A DNA stretch of 32,000 bases from an uncultured Chloroflexia bacterium (lineage in GTDB: Bacteria > Chloroflexota > Ktedonobacteria > Ktedonobacterales > JADMIN01): assembly GCA_963718915.1 (NCBI GenBank), contig CAVRAI010000007.1, forward strand, positions 150,001 through 182,000. Direction: 5' to 3'. Under the pieces are notes generated by a model. It did not search any database and was not told the origin of the DNA. It saw nothing but the letters and a program-made list of their open reading frames with translations. Shown piece after piece: positions 17,576 through 27,052 of the stretch (position 1 is the stretch's first letter; each line of letters begins with the position of its first letter). The position numbers were made by a program, and so were the translations under genes.

Positions 17576-17583
17576 AGGAATCC

Positions 17584-18702
17584 ATGCGAGAGATCGAGCA
17601 GCGCGCCGCCGACGCATACCACGCCCGCTTTGGCGAATTGCCTGAGGTGGTGGCCAGCGCGCCGGGGCGAGTCAACCTGCTCGGCGAGCATACCGACTAC
17701 AACGGCGGTTTCGTGCTGCCATGCGCCATCGAGCGTCGCGTCGCGGTCGCCCTGGGCCACGGCGCGGGTGGACTCTACAGCGTCGATCACGACGACATGC
17801 AGCCGTGCGCCGGATCGCGCGCCGAGAGCTGGGGCGACTATCCGCATGGCGTCGTCTGGGCGCTGGAGCAGACTGGCGCGCGCATTCCCGCGTTTCAAGC
17901 GGCGATCACAGGTGATGTTCCAGCGGGCGCGGGGCTTTCCTCCTCGGCGGCCATCGAGGCGGCGACGGCTCTCGCGCTCGACGCTTTGCTCGAACTGAAC
18001 ATCCCACGCGCCGATCTGGCGCTGCTCTGCCAGCGCGCCGAAAACGAGTTCGTCATGGTTGACTCTGGGATCATGGACCAGTATGCCTCGCTGCTCTGTC
18101 AGCAGGGGAGCGCGCTGCTGATCGACTGTCGCTCGCTGGCGTCGGAACAGGTCTCACTCGACCTGGGGGCTGCGGGCCTGAGCCTGGTTGTCTGTGATAC
18201 GCGCGTCAAACGACAACTGGCCGCCACGAGGGACTACAATGAGCGGCGGGCCACCTGCGCGCGGGCAGCGAAGTCGTTGGGCATTGCCCAGTTGCGTGAC
18301 GCTACAATCGAGGATCTGGCGCGCCTTTCCGGCGAGGAGCTACGCTATGCCCGCCATGTCGTCGGCGAGAACGCGCGCGTGCTGGCGGGCGCCGATGCGC
18401 TTCGGCGGCAGGACTTCGCGGCGTTCGGCGAGCTGATGTGGGCGTCGCACGAATCGCTCAGAGATGACTACGCTGTCTCGACGCCGGAACTGGATGCCTT
18501 TGTCACCCTAGCGCGCGTGGCGGGCGCGCTGGGGGCACGGCTCACCGGCGCGGGCTTCGGCGGCTGCGCCATCGCGCTCATCGCGGGCGGCAAGGTACGG
18601 ATGCTGACCGAAGGCGTGACCTCAGCGTTCACTCAGCAAGGGTATCATGCGCCTGCGTGGTATGCGTTTTCCCCTGCGGCGGGAGCGGAGGTCGTGCGAT
18701 GA
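17584..18702 (+). CDS. galK: galactokinase
   Basis: GRVNLLGEHTDYNGG signature and GHMP motif PAGAGLSSSAA. GAGGAA RBS. Confidence 0.93.
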   Translation: MREIEQRAADAYHARFGELPEVVASAPGRVNLLGEHTDYNGGFVLPCAIERRVAVALGHGAGGLYSVDHDDMQPCAGSRAESWGDYPHGVVWALEQTGARIPAFQAAITGDVPAGAGLSSSAAIEAATALALDALLELNIPRADLALLCQRAENEFVMVDSGIMDQYASLLCQQGSALLIDCRSLASEQVSLDLGAAGLSLVVCDTRVKRQLAATRDYNERRATCARAAKSLGIAQLRDATIEDLARLSGEELRYARHVVGENARVLAGADALRRQDFAAFGELMWASHESLRDDYAVSTPELDAFVTLARVAGALGARLTGAGFGGCAIALIAGGKVRMLTEGVTSAFTQQGYHAPAWYAFSPAAGAEVVR

Positions 18703-19643
18703 GCCTTCCTGGGGATGCGCCTGATCCGGGCGAGCCGGAAACGCGGCTGGTATGGAATCCGCTGCTGCGTGAATATCTCGCGCAGTCGCCGGGGCGCATG
18801 TATCGTCGCGAGGCAACCAGCGACTGCCCGTTCTGCGAAGACCTGACCAGCGGACGTGTGCCGCCCGGCACGCAGGCCTGGATTCGCCCCAATGACTTCC
18901 CCGCGCTGCGGCCGCCGGTGGGCGAGTGTTTCGTGCTCATCTATAGCGCCGACCACGACCGCACCTTCGCCGATCTGCGCCAGGAGGAAGTTGTCCCGGT
19001 GATTGGCCTCTGGCAGGATCTCTATGCCGAACTCTCGCCGCGCTACGCCTGTGTCATGACGTGGGAGACGAGCGGCGCGGTGATTGGACAGACGCAGCGC
19101 CACCCGCACGGCCAGACCTACGCCATCTCGGCGATTCCGCCGCTGCTGGCGCGCGAGATGGAGAGCGTGGAGCAGTCCTACGCCGCCGGTGACGGCTGCC
19201 TGTTCTGCCGCATTCTGGCGGAGGAAGACCATGGCGCGCGGGCGGTTGTTTCGCGCGAGCACTGGCTGGCGTTCGTGCCGCCCTATGCGCGCTATCCCTT
19301 CGAGCTACACGTCTATGCGCGCCGCCATGTCAGTGCGATAGGCGATCTGGCGCGTGGCGGCGATGAGGTTCAGGAACTCGCGGCGCTGCTGCCACGTCTC
19401 ATTCGCGTATACAATCAGGTCTTCGCCGGGCCGATGCCCTATATGCTGGCGATCCATCAACTGGCGGACGAGCGTTTTCACCTGCATATCGAGCTACTGC
19501 CGGTGGGGGCTGTGCCGGGGAAGCTCAAGCTGGCGGCGAGCAGTGAGATGGCGTGGGGATTCTGGCTCAACGACGCGCTGCCCGAAGCCGCCGCGGCCCA
19601 GTTGCGTGCGCTCTACGCGGGATTGCCTGAATCCGCGGAATGA
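18699..19643 (+). CDS. galT: galactose-1-phosphate uridylyltransferase
   Basis: CPFC zinc motif and active-site HPHGQ. ATGA overlap with the galK stop. Confidence 0.9.
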   Translation: MSLPGDAPDPGEPETRLVWNPLLREYLAQSPGRMYRREATSDCPFCEDLTSGRVPPGTQAWIRPNDFPALRPPVGECFVLIYSADHDRTFADLRQEEVVPVIGLWQDLYAELSPRYACVMTWETSGAVIGQTQRHPHGQTYAISAIPPLLAREMESVEQSYAAGDGCLFCRILAEEDHGARAVVSREHWLAFVPPYARYPFELHVYARRHVSAIGDLARGGDEVQELAALLPRLIRVYNQVFAGPMPYMLAIHQLADERFHLHIELLPVGAVPGKLKLAASSEMAWGFWLNDALPEAAAAQLRALYAGLPESAE

Positions 19644-19774
19644 CGCAGACCTGGATTCTATGATGTCGCACATCTTCATGGGATATGCTGCAAAAGATGG
19701 ATGAATCTGGAGACGCTATTGCGCGGCATGCATGGCGCATCGCTTCAACTCAAAGTGAAAGTGGATCTGTGCGG

Positions 19775-20755
19775 ATGAAGGTACTGGTGACGGGTGGCGC
19801 TGGCTATATTGGCAGTGTCATCACTGAAGAATTGTTGAGCGCTGGCCACGAGCCAGTGATCTATGACTCACTGCTCAACGGGCACGCCGCGGCAATCCCT
19901 CCCAGCGTTCCCGTCGTGCGAGGGGATGTGCGCGATACGGCGTTGCTCGCGCGTACGCTACGGGACGAGCGCATCGAGGCGGTCATCCACATGGCTGCGC
20001 TGATCGAGGCGGGTCTCTCGGTCACGTTCCCCGAGCAGTTTTTCGCGACGAACGTCGGTGGCGTGGCTAGCGTCTGCGAAGCGATGTGTGAAGTGGGCGT
20101 GCGGCGGCTGGTCTTCAGCTCTACCGGCGCCATTTATGGCAATACCAATGAGGCTCCTTTTGATGAAGAGACGCCTGCCCACCCGGAAAATCCCTACGCT
20201 GAATCGAAGCTGATGGCCGAGCGGATGCTGGCCACTATCGCGCCCGCGCGCGATCTGGTCTGCACCGCGCTACGTTACTTCAACGCGGCGGGCGCGACCG
20301 AACGCAACGGCGAGGCGCACAACCCGGAGACCCATCTCATCCCGCTGGCGCTGCAAGCGGCGGAGCAACACGCGCCGTTCAGCATCTTTGGCACGGACTA
20401 TTCCACCCCCGACGGCACGACGATCCGCGACTATGTACATGTCGCCGACATCGCCCATGCGCACCTGCTCTCGCTGACTCGCGAGCAACCGGGGCTGCGT
20501 ATCTACAACGTTGGCACGGGCACGGGCTGCTCAGTGCGCCAGGTCGTTGACGCGGCGCGAGCGGTGTCTGGTATCGATTTCCCTATCCGCGTGGAGCCGC
20601 GTCGTCCAGGTGACCAGATCGTGAGCGTGGCCAGCGCCGAGCGCATCCGGGCCGAGCTGGGCTGGCAGCCGCGTCACACCGACATCCACGATATCGTCGC
20701 CAGCGCCTGGGCATGGCGGCAGCGGCATCCCCACGGCTACGGAGAGAGCGCATAG
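19775..20755 (+). CDS. galE: UDP-glucose 4-epimerase
   Basis: MKVLVTGGAGYIGS Rossmann motif and YAESK catalytic motif. The track start at 19685 is an upstream extension. Confidence 0.92.
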   Translation: MKVLVTGGAGYIGSVITEELLSAGHEPVIYDSLLNGHAAAIPPSVPVVRGDVRDTALLARTLRDERIEAVIHMAALIEAGLSVTFPEQFFATNVGGVASVCEAMCEVGVRRLVFSSTGAIYGNTNEAPFDEETPAHPENPYAESKLMAERMLATIAPARDLVCTALRYFNAAGATERNGEAHNPETHLIPLALQAAEQHAPFSIFGTDYSTPDGTTIRDYVHVADIAHAHLLSLTREQPGLRIYNVGTGTGCSVRQVVDAARAVSGIDFPIRVEPRRPGDQIVSVASAERIRAELGWQPRHTDIHDIVASAWAWRQRHPHGYGESA

Positions 20756-20768
20756 CGGAAGTAGGCCG

Positions 20769-21620
20769 CTATCCGGCGGCCACGCTGATGGAAATCGTCT
20801 CGATGATGTCGTCGGCGGCAATCTTCTTGAGGACATCCATGCCCTGAGTCACTTTGCCAAACGTGACGTAGATATTGTCGAAGTACTGCGACTCGTCGGC
20901 GGTGGTGATAAAGAACTGCGCGCTGGCGCTGTCCGGCGCTCCGGCGCTGGCCATCGAGATGGTTCCCGCGCTGTAGTCTGCCGGAAGCGGATTGTCATCC
21001 TGGATCGTGTAGCCAGGGATATCGATCCCGTCAGAGCCATCCCGCGCGACCGAGCCACCCTGCACCAATGAGAGGTGCGAAGGGCCGCCAGTGGGATCGA
21101 TCACGCTGGGCTTGCCCGGTGTCTCCACGCGCCAGAAATACGTGCCGTCGTACCAATGCGACTGCGCCAGGAAGACGAAGTTATTGACCGCGATGGGCGC
21201 GTTTTTGGCGTCAAGCTGGAGGACGATATCGCCCTTTGCCGTCGTGATGGTGGCGATATAGGTATCGGCAGTGTTGATGGTCATCAGGGGCGCGCCGGTA
21301 CACTGATGGGTCGTGAGGTCGCAGGTGGCCTGTCCTGTGGATGTCACGCTGGGGGTCAAATCGCCGGGTGGGATATCACTGGTTCGGCTGGTGGCGATTG
21401 TGCTTAACGCGATCAGTCCCGTACTCAGGATGCAGCAGATGGCAATCACGCCACCGAACGCGATGAGCAGCCAGTGCCACCATTGCAAGCCTCGCTTTTG
21501 CGGCGGCGCTGGGGGCGGCGCGTATCCCATCGCGCCCGGCGGCGGATAGTATGGGGGTGGAGGCTGATTGTACGGAGGCTGATTGTACGGAGGCTCCTGC
21601 CCGGATGGTGGCATACCCAA
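20769..21620 (-). CDS. membrane-anchored cyclophilin-type peptidyl-prolyl isomerase with Pro-rich N-terminus
   Basis: Cyclophilin core (GDIVLQLDAKNAPIAVNNFVFLA...SMASAGAPDSASAQFFIT). One TM (WWHWLLIAFGGVIAICCIL). N-terminal PPYNQPPYNQPPPPYYPPP. Start is TTG 21620 or ATG 21614 after AAAGGAA. Confidence 0.88.
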   Translation of the reverse strand: MGMPPSGQEPPYNQPPYNQPPPPYYPPPGAMGYAPPPAPPQKRGLQWWHWLLIAFGGVIAICCILSTGLIALSTIATSRTSDIPPGDLTPSVTSTGQATCDLTTHQCTGAPLMTINTADTYIATITTAKGDIVLQLDAKNAPIAVNNFVFLAQSHWYDGTYFWRVETPGKPSVIDPTGGPSHLSLVQGGSVARDGSDGIDIPGYTIQDDNPLPADYSAGTISMASAGAPDSASAQFFITTADESQYFDNIYVTFGKVTQGMDVLKKIAADDIIETISISVAAG

Positions 21621-21683
21621 CCTGCATTCCTTTCTTCATCATACCGTCATCGGTCCATCACATGGCGATGTATGAGCGGCGCG

Positions 21684-22586
21684 TTAGCCCTGCCAGATGT
21701 CGGCGATAGTCGTCGCATGCGCCGCCTCGTTGGTGAATGATACACCTTCCAGCGCCTCGACGGTGCGCAGGACGTCATAGTGGTTGATGGTCTCGGGGTA
21801 TTCTCCTGCCTGAACATGCGCGCCGACAAACAGCGTCGGAATGTGATTGGCGTCTGAGCCATCGTCCTCGTCCCAGGTCACGATCAGCAGACTGTTGTGG
21901 GTCAGCGCCCACTGCGCGTAGCCGCCCAGGTTTTGCCGCAGCCAGGCATCCGCCTCTGCGATGGAGCCGGAATGCATGTCGTGCTGCTGATTCGGCACGA
22001 CGAAGGCGACGGTCGGGAGCTGGCTGAAGTCCGTTGGGAAACTCGTGAATGGCTGGTTGCTCGTCGCGGGCACGTTGGCGAAGTCTACCCAGGGATTGTG
22101 CTTGCGGGCGTAGAGTTGATCGGTGGCGTCGTCGTAGCAGCCAGTGTATCCCGCCTCTGGCATGCTCTCCGAATAGCCGGTGAAGCTCATGCCATGGGCA
22201 ATCAGTTCGCTCGCGAGATTCGGCCCGGCCAACTGCTGCGGGCAGGCGTCGTCGGCGATGCCAAAGGTGGACCCGGCGAAGAGCGCGAGGTAGTTTGGCT
22301 GGCTCGGATGGGTGACGCCATGCGCGTCGGTGAAGACGGCGCCCTCTCTGGCGAGCGTCGCGAGATACGGAGCGTCGGCGGCGCTCGTGATATCGGCGTA
22401 GCTGTGGTTCTCTTCGACGACGATGACGATGTGATCAAAGTGGGGCAGTGGCTTCGCCGCGCCGCCCGGCGTGCTGGTCGTGCCCATGGTCAACGCGCAG
22501 CCCGCGATACCCAGCATCAGCAGCCACAGGAGCGCTGCCGACATCAGACGGACTGTGCGTGAGCGGGATAGGGTGTGGGCGGCCAT
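21684..22586 (-). CDS. secreted lipoprotein, phosphoesterase (acid phosphatase / phospholipase C) family
   Basis: Lipobox LGIAGC. HIVIVVEENHSYADI and HPSQPNYLALFAGST motifs are typical of the PF04185-type phosphoesterase family. AGGAG RBS. Confidence 0.8.
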   Translation of the reverse strand: MAAHTLSRSRTVRLMSAALLWLLMLGIAGCALTMGTTSTPGGAAKPLPHFDHIVIVVEENHSYADITSAADAPYLATLAREGAVFTDAHGVTHPSQPNYLALFAGSTFGIADDACPQQLAGPNLASELIAHGMSFTGYSESMPEAGYTGCYDDATDQLYARKHNPWVDFANVPATSNQPFTSFPTDFSQLPTVAFVVPNQQHDMHSGSIAEADAWLRQNLGGYAQWALTHNSLLIVTWDEDDGSDANHIPTLFVGAHVQAGEYPETINHYDVLRTVEALEGVSFTNEAAHATTIADIWQG

Positions 22587-22607
22587 ACGATACGCTCCTG
22601 GCTGTAT

Positions 22608-23435
22608 CTATCGCAGATCAATCAGCGACAAGCCCGTCTGCTCGGCAATATACCCAAGCAGCCACTCCATAAGCGCCTCATACTCATCCTGTGGCATCGT
22701 TGGCCGCGTATTTGTCACGAGCATCCATGGCATAAACGGTATGTGGCGCCTTATCCTCAGCCAACGGACCATACCACTCGTTCCGGCGAGCTCGTAACAA
22801 ATCGGCGGGGTTCCGCGTTTGCCAGGCGGGACAATCGCGAACAACTGCGCCTCGGCAAAGCGCAGGGGCTGCTCCGCTCGTCGTACCGATCCTACCACCA
22901 CTAACTTGTGTCGGCTCACCTCGATGGTTTGCCGCGCTTCATTGACCGCCAGGAAAACGAAAGCCGGGACCAGGACAGCCATTGCTGCGACGGGGAGGGA
23001 AAGCGCATCGTATAGGGAGTCACCCATCAAGAGAATCAAGCTGCCTGCCAACCACTCGCAAAGCAGGATGACGAAGCCCGTAGTTCCCAGGATGCGCCAC
23101 CAATTGGGTCTGAGGCGGATCACGAGCGGAATCTGTGACGCCGGCGGTTGGTGTTGAAAGGGAGCCTGGTCGTTGAGCGGGCGTCCATGGAGAAGCGTCG
23201 TAGCCGCATAGCGCGCTACCTCATAACGTTGGATGCGACGGACTTGGAGAAGCCCGAAAAAACCTATTACGAGGAGGCCACTGCCGAGGCCAAGACCGCC
23301 GAGAGCAATGAGGGCTGCCTGATGCGCCGAGTGTGCATGAGAGATCCCAACGATTATCTGCCACAAAATATAGGCGACCATCGCAATGACCAAAGCGATA
23401 GCGAGCGGGTAGCGTATCCTCGAACGCAATCTCAT
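22608..23435 (-). CDS. hypothetical polytopic membrane protein with C-terminal soluble domain
   Basis: ATG 23435 lies 9 nt after AGGAG. About four TM helices. Only this 3' part of the 549-aa track ORF is credible. Stop is 21 nt before the phosphoesterase start. Confidence 0.65.
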   Translation of the reverse strand: MRLRSRIRYPLAIALVIAMVAYILWQIIVGISHAHSAHQAALIALGGLGLGSGLLVIGFFGLLQVRRIQRYEVARYAATTLLHGRPLNDQAPFQHQPPASQIPLVIRLRPNWWRILGTTGFVILLCEWLAGSLILLMGDSLYDALSLPVAAMAVLVPAFVFLAVNEARQTIEVSRHKLVVVGSVRRAEQPLRFAEAQLFAIVPPGKRGTPPICYELAGTSGMVRWLRIRRHIPFMPWMLVTNTRPTMPQDEYEALMEWLLGYIAEQTGLSLIDLR

Positions 23436-23621
23436 CACACATTGCTCCTGAGGGATATATCTAATCTGACAAGTCCAGCGTAAGGTAATTGGATGATGGT
23501 CGCTTGCCGCCAGAGGCGCCCGCCGAATAGTATACAGCGCCCATACTAGAGTCGTAGAGATGATGCAGGCTGACAGGGCTTGGCAGCAGGAGTATGCTAG
23601 AGCAGAGGCGGGAGGTGTGTC

Positions 23622-24569
23622 ATGGAGATCCTGATGCTCAGCGCGGGTGAGGTGGAGCGGTTGCTCGATCCCGATGCGCTGCTGGATGCGCTGGCCGACG
23701 AGTTCAAGGCGCTCAGCGAAGACAAGATAATCGCGCCGGGACGCAGCGAGGTCTCCACTGGCGATCCGGGATTCCTGCTGGCCATGCCTGTCTACCGCCC
23801 CGGGCGCGAGATCACCGTGAAACTGGTCTCGGTCTTCCATGGCAACGACGCCCTCGGAGCGCCCAGCCATCAGGCGCTGATCTGCCTCTTCGATGCCGCG
23901 ACGGGAACACCGGTCTGCATCATGGACGGCGCGTATATCACCGCGATGCGAACCGCTGGCGCGGCGGCTCTCTCCACCCGCGAGCTGGCGCGCGAGGATG
24001 CGCGGACGCTGGCGATTGTCGGCGCGGGCGTGCAGGGCGCGGCGCACCTGAAACTGGTTCCCCGAGTACGCGACTTCCGCGAGATTCGTATCGTGTCGCG
24101 GACGCTTGCCCACGCGCAACACCTGGCCGAACGCGACGAGCGGTCGCGCGCCGTTGAGACGGTTGAAGAGGCGGTACGCGGCGCCGACGTCGTCTGCCTC
24201 TGCACCAACGCTCCCGATGCGGTGCTGCGCGGCGCGTGGCTGGCTCCCGGCGCGCATGTGACCTCGGTGGGCTATCGGCCACCCGGCGGCGAACTGGGCG
24301 ACGACGTCATCGAGCGGGGCGCGCTCTTCGTCGAGACACGACGCGCGTTCGAGGCGCCACCGGTTGGCTGTGGCGAGCTTGCGGGACGCGATCCAATGAG
24401 CGGCACGGAAATTGGCGAAGTGCTACTCAGGGGCCGACCAGGCCGTAAATCCGATGACGATATCACCGTCTACAAAGCAATGGGACATGCCTGTGAAGAC
24501 ATGGCCGCGGCCAGCCTTGTCTATCAGCGGGCGCGCCGCGAGGGCATAGGTGTGGCTGTAGCACTCTGA
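23622..24569 (+). CDS. ornithine cyclodeaminase / mu-crystallin family protein
   Basis: 315 aa. Rossmann motif LAIVGAGVQGAAH. DGAYITAMRTAGAAAL is typical of the family. GGGAGGTG RBS. Confidence 0.88.
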   Translation: MEILMLSAGEVERLLDPDALLDALADEFKALSEDKIIAPGRSEVSTGDPGFLLAMPVYRPGREITVKLVSVFHGNDALGAPSHQALICLFDAATGTPVCIMDGAYITAMRTAGAAALSTRELAREDARTLAIVGAGVQGAAHLKLVPRVRDFREIRIVSRTLAHAQHLAERDERSRAVETVEEAVRGADVVCLCTNAPDAVLRGAWLAPGAHVTSVGYRPPGGELGDDVIERGALFVETRRAFEAPPVGCGELAGRDPMSGTEIGEVLLRGRPGRKSDDDITVYKAMGHACEDMAAASLVYQRARREGIGVAVAL

Positions 24570-24766
24570 TCGCCCGCATCATCTATATTGCTAGCTCCTT
24601 GCGTGTAACAAGCCGGGGAACTATAGTGTGGCTGAGTATAACAGCACAAATTATTCGTCTGGGCCATGCTCAGTGTCGTAAGGCGGTTGCCACGGGCTGG
24701 TGTGACATGAACATCATCGCAGGATAAATCAGGTAGGGGTGGCAGCCGGGGAGGGGACAGGACGAG

Positions 24767-26953
24767 ATGCTCGACCAGACAACATACGCACAGTGGGTAG
24801 GGGCTGCCCTCGGGGAGTATCGCCTGACACGCCTGCTGAGCGTAAGCCCGATGGGGCCACTCTATACCGCCGATGCTGTGAATACGACCTCGACCTCCAG
24901 TTATCTTATCCGTGTTCTCACCGTGCCGCCCGCGCAGACCCCCGACATGATGCAGTCCTATCAGGAGCTTCTCGAACGCCAGGCTGGACATATTATGGGT
25001 TTGCGGCATCCCTATATGATGCCGCTGGTCAACTATGGTATCGCTCAGGGCCTTCCCTATCTCGTCTGGCCCTCTACGACGATGCGTTCGCTCAGCACAC
25101 GCCTCTCACAGAGCGGCGTGTTGGATGTGGTGACGATGGGACGCTACCTCGACCAGATCGCCGCCACCCTGGAATATGCCCACCAGAATACGACCTACCA
25201 CCGCAATCTCTCCGTCGATTGCATCTATCTGCAGATGGATGGACAGATCGCCGTCGGGGAGTTCGGCGTGCGGCGTCTCTACGAACTGCTGACGCCCGGC
25301 AGCCAGGTCGGGTTCTTCTCCGGCAGCCTCGAAGCGCTTGCCCCGGAGCAACTGACCGGCGGTCAGATCAACTCCTATACCGATGTCTACGCCCTCGGCG
25401 CGGTGACCTATCGGTTGCTGACCGGGCAACCGGTCTTCAATGGCGACAACTTCAGAGTGGTCGCGGAGCAGCATCTCCACGCGCAGCCACCATCGCTCGC
25501 TCGTGCCCGTGCGGGGGTACCCATCGCGCTCGACCGCGTGCTGGCGGACGCGCTTGCCAAAGACCCCGCGCAGCGGATCCAGCGCCCCGGCGCCTTCGCG
25601 GACGCCTATCAGCATGTCGTTGCGCCAGCCAACGCCCTGCGTGTGCCATTCGACGCGCCCGGCGGAAATGGCGCTAGTCCAGCGCCTTCAGGCCCAGCGC
25701 AACAGGCGCTCACACGGCGCGGAGCCAATGGCGCGACCCTCGTCCCGCAAACTCCGGGCGCGAGAGCGGGCCGAGTCGGCGCCCCTACCGGGCCGTCTGA
25801 CATCGACGCGGGTTCAACAGCGCCAGGGTGGCGTCAGTTCATCTCGCGTAGCTGGTGGTTCCTCCTGATCGTGCTGGTGCTGGTACCGCTTATTACCGCG
25901 GGCGCGCTCTTCCTTGCCAACAATCACCAGACCGCCGCCACGCCTCCGAGCGGAACCTTGCTGTTTGTGGATAGCGCATCGTCGCCAACCGGCAGCGACG
26001 ATGGGTTCCGCATCACCGCCAGTGGCCTGTCGGCGCTTCCCGCCGGCTCGCGCTATGAAGTCTGGTTCATCAACCAGGAAACCGAGCAGATTATCGCGCT
26101 GGGCCAACTGGTCGCAGGCCAGAACCAGACCTACCAACTGGCCTATACACCCGGTGGATTAAACAGCAAGTCAGCCGCCAACGTGCTCTCGGAGGGTGAC
26201 ATGGTCGAGATTACCCAGGAGCAGAGCAACGTTGTCGCGCCATCGGGGCATATGCTGCTGGCGGTCAAGTTCCCGCCGCAGTCGTTTGTCCACATCAAGC
26301 ATCTGCTGCTCAGTTTCCCCACAACGCCTGGCAAGATTGGCCTGCTCGTGGGGGTGCTGCGCCAGACGCAGCTGCTGAACGCTCAGGCCAGCGCGCTCAA
26401 TACGGCATCTGGCAAGAGGAACGCGGCGCTTGTCCAGTGTCTCGCGCAGAGTGTCATCGACATCAGCGAGGGCAAAAGCGGTGAACATTACAAGCCGCTC
26501 GGCGCGGAGTGCAGAGCGCTCGGCGTCACCCAGGCAGGCGATGGGTTCGGGTTGCTCAGCCCGGTGCAGGCGGTGACACCCGGCAACAATGGTAGCGGCA
26601 ACAACACTGGTGGTGATTACAACGGCGCGTCAGATTCCGCTGGCTACATCAAGAACGCCGCCAACCATGCGTCGCTGGCAACGGCCACATCCGACGCGAC
26701 CGAAGATCTCCGCCAGCATGCGCGCACCGTACAGGTCGCGCTGGCGGATGTCTCGAAATCCGTGACGACGGCGGACAATGCCGCGCTCGCCTTGCTGACC
26801 GCGCCAACCGATACTTCCGCAGCGGCGGCGCTTGTGGCGGCGACAGGCGCGGCGTATCAGGGCACGGGTGGCTCCAATGCGGGCGGCGCGATAGCAGCGT
26901 ATCTGCAAGGGCAGTTGATGGCGACCCTTTCGCTCACGCAACCAGCCGCATAG
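24767..26953 (+). CDS. transmembrane Ser/Thr-kinase-like protein, predicted pseudokinase, with large extracytoplasmic domain
   Basis: Kinase fold landmarks APE and DVYALGAVTYRLLTG are present. Catalytic residues are replaced: VAIK to LIRV, HRD..N to HRNLSVDC, DFG to EFG. TM at WWFLLIVLVLVPLITAGALFLA. About 340-aa C-terminal ectodomain. Confidence 0.8.
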   Translation: MLDQTTYAQWVGAALGEYRLTRLLSVSPMGPLYTADAVNTTSTSSYLIRVLTVPPAQTPDMMQSYQELLERQAGHIMGLRHPYMMPLVNYGIAQGLPYLVWPSTTMRSLSTRLSQSGVLDVVTMGRYLDQIAATLEYAHQNTTYHRNLSVDCIYLQMDGQIAVGEFGVRRLYELLTPGSQVGFFSGSLEALAPEQLTGGQINSYTDVYALGAVTYRLLTGQPVFNGDNFRVVAEQHLHAQPPSLARARAGVPIALDRVLADALAKDPAQRIQRPGAFADAYQHVVAPANALRVPFDAPGGNGASPAPSGPAQQALTRRGANGATLVPQTPGARAGRVGAPTGPSDIDAGSTAPGWRQFISRSWWFLLIVLVLVPLITAGALFLANNHQTAATPPSGTLLFVDSASSPTGSDDGFRITASGLSALPAGSRYEVWFINQETEQIIALGQLVAGQNQTYQLAYTPGGLNSKSAANVLSEGDMVEITQEQSNVVAPSGHMLLAVKFPPQSFVHIKHLLLSFPTTPGKIGLLVGVLRQTQLLNAQASALNTASGKRNAALVQCLAQSVIDISEGKSGEHYKPLGAECRALGVTQAGDGFGLLSPVQAVTPGNNGSGNNTGGDYNGASDSAGYIKNAANHASLATATSDATEDLRQHARTVQVALADVSKSVTTADNAALALLTAPTDTSAAAALVAATGAAYQGTGGSNAGGAIAAYLQGQLMATLSLTQPAA

Positions 26954-27052
26954 ACTCTTATAGACTCCTAGGGATGACTTCTCTCCGGGTGGCCCTTCAC
27001 TTGTCTGGGGGCCGCCCGGTATTGCTTTATAGAGAGAAAGGGAGATGAACCT

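Noticed and set aside
23436-24257. Upstream two thirds of the 549-aa track ORF 22608..24257
   Set aside because: This part is antisense to the well-supported ornithine cyclodeaminase gene and is Arg-rich. A proper RBS and ATG at 23435 begins the credible membrane protein.
24739-25677. 312-aa plus-strand ORF
   Set aside because: Alternative Arg-rich frame overlapping the kinase-like gene, whose own frame carries recognisable kinase subdomains.
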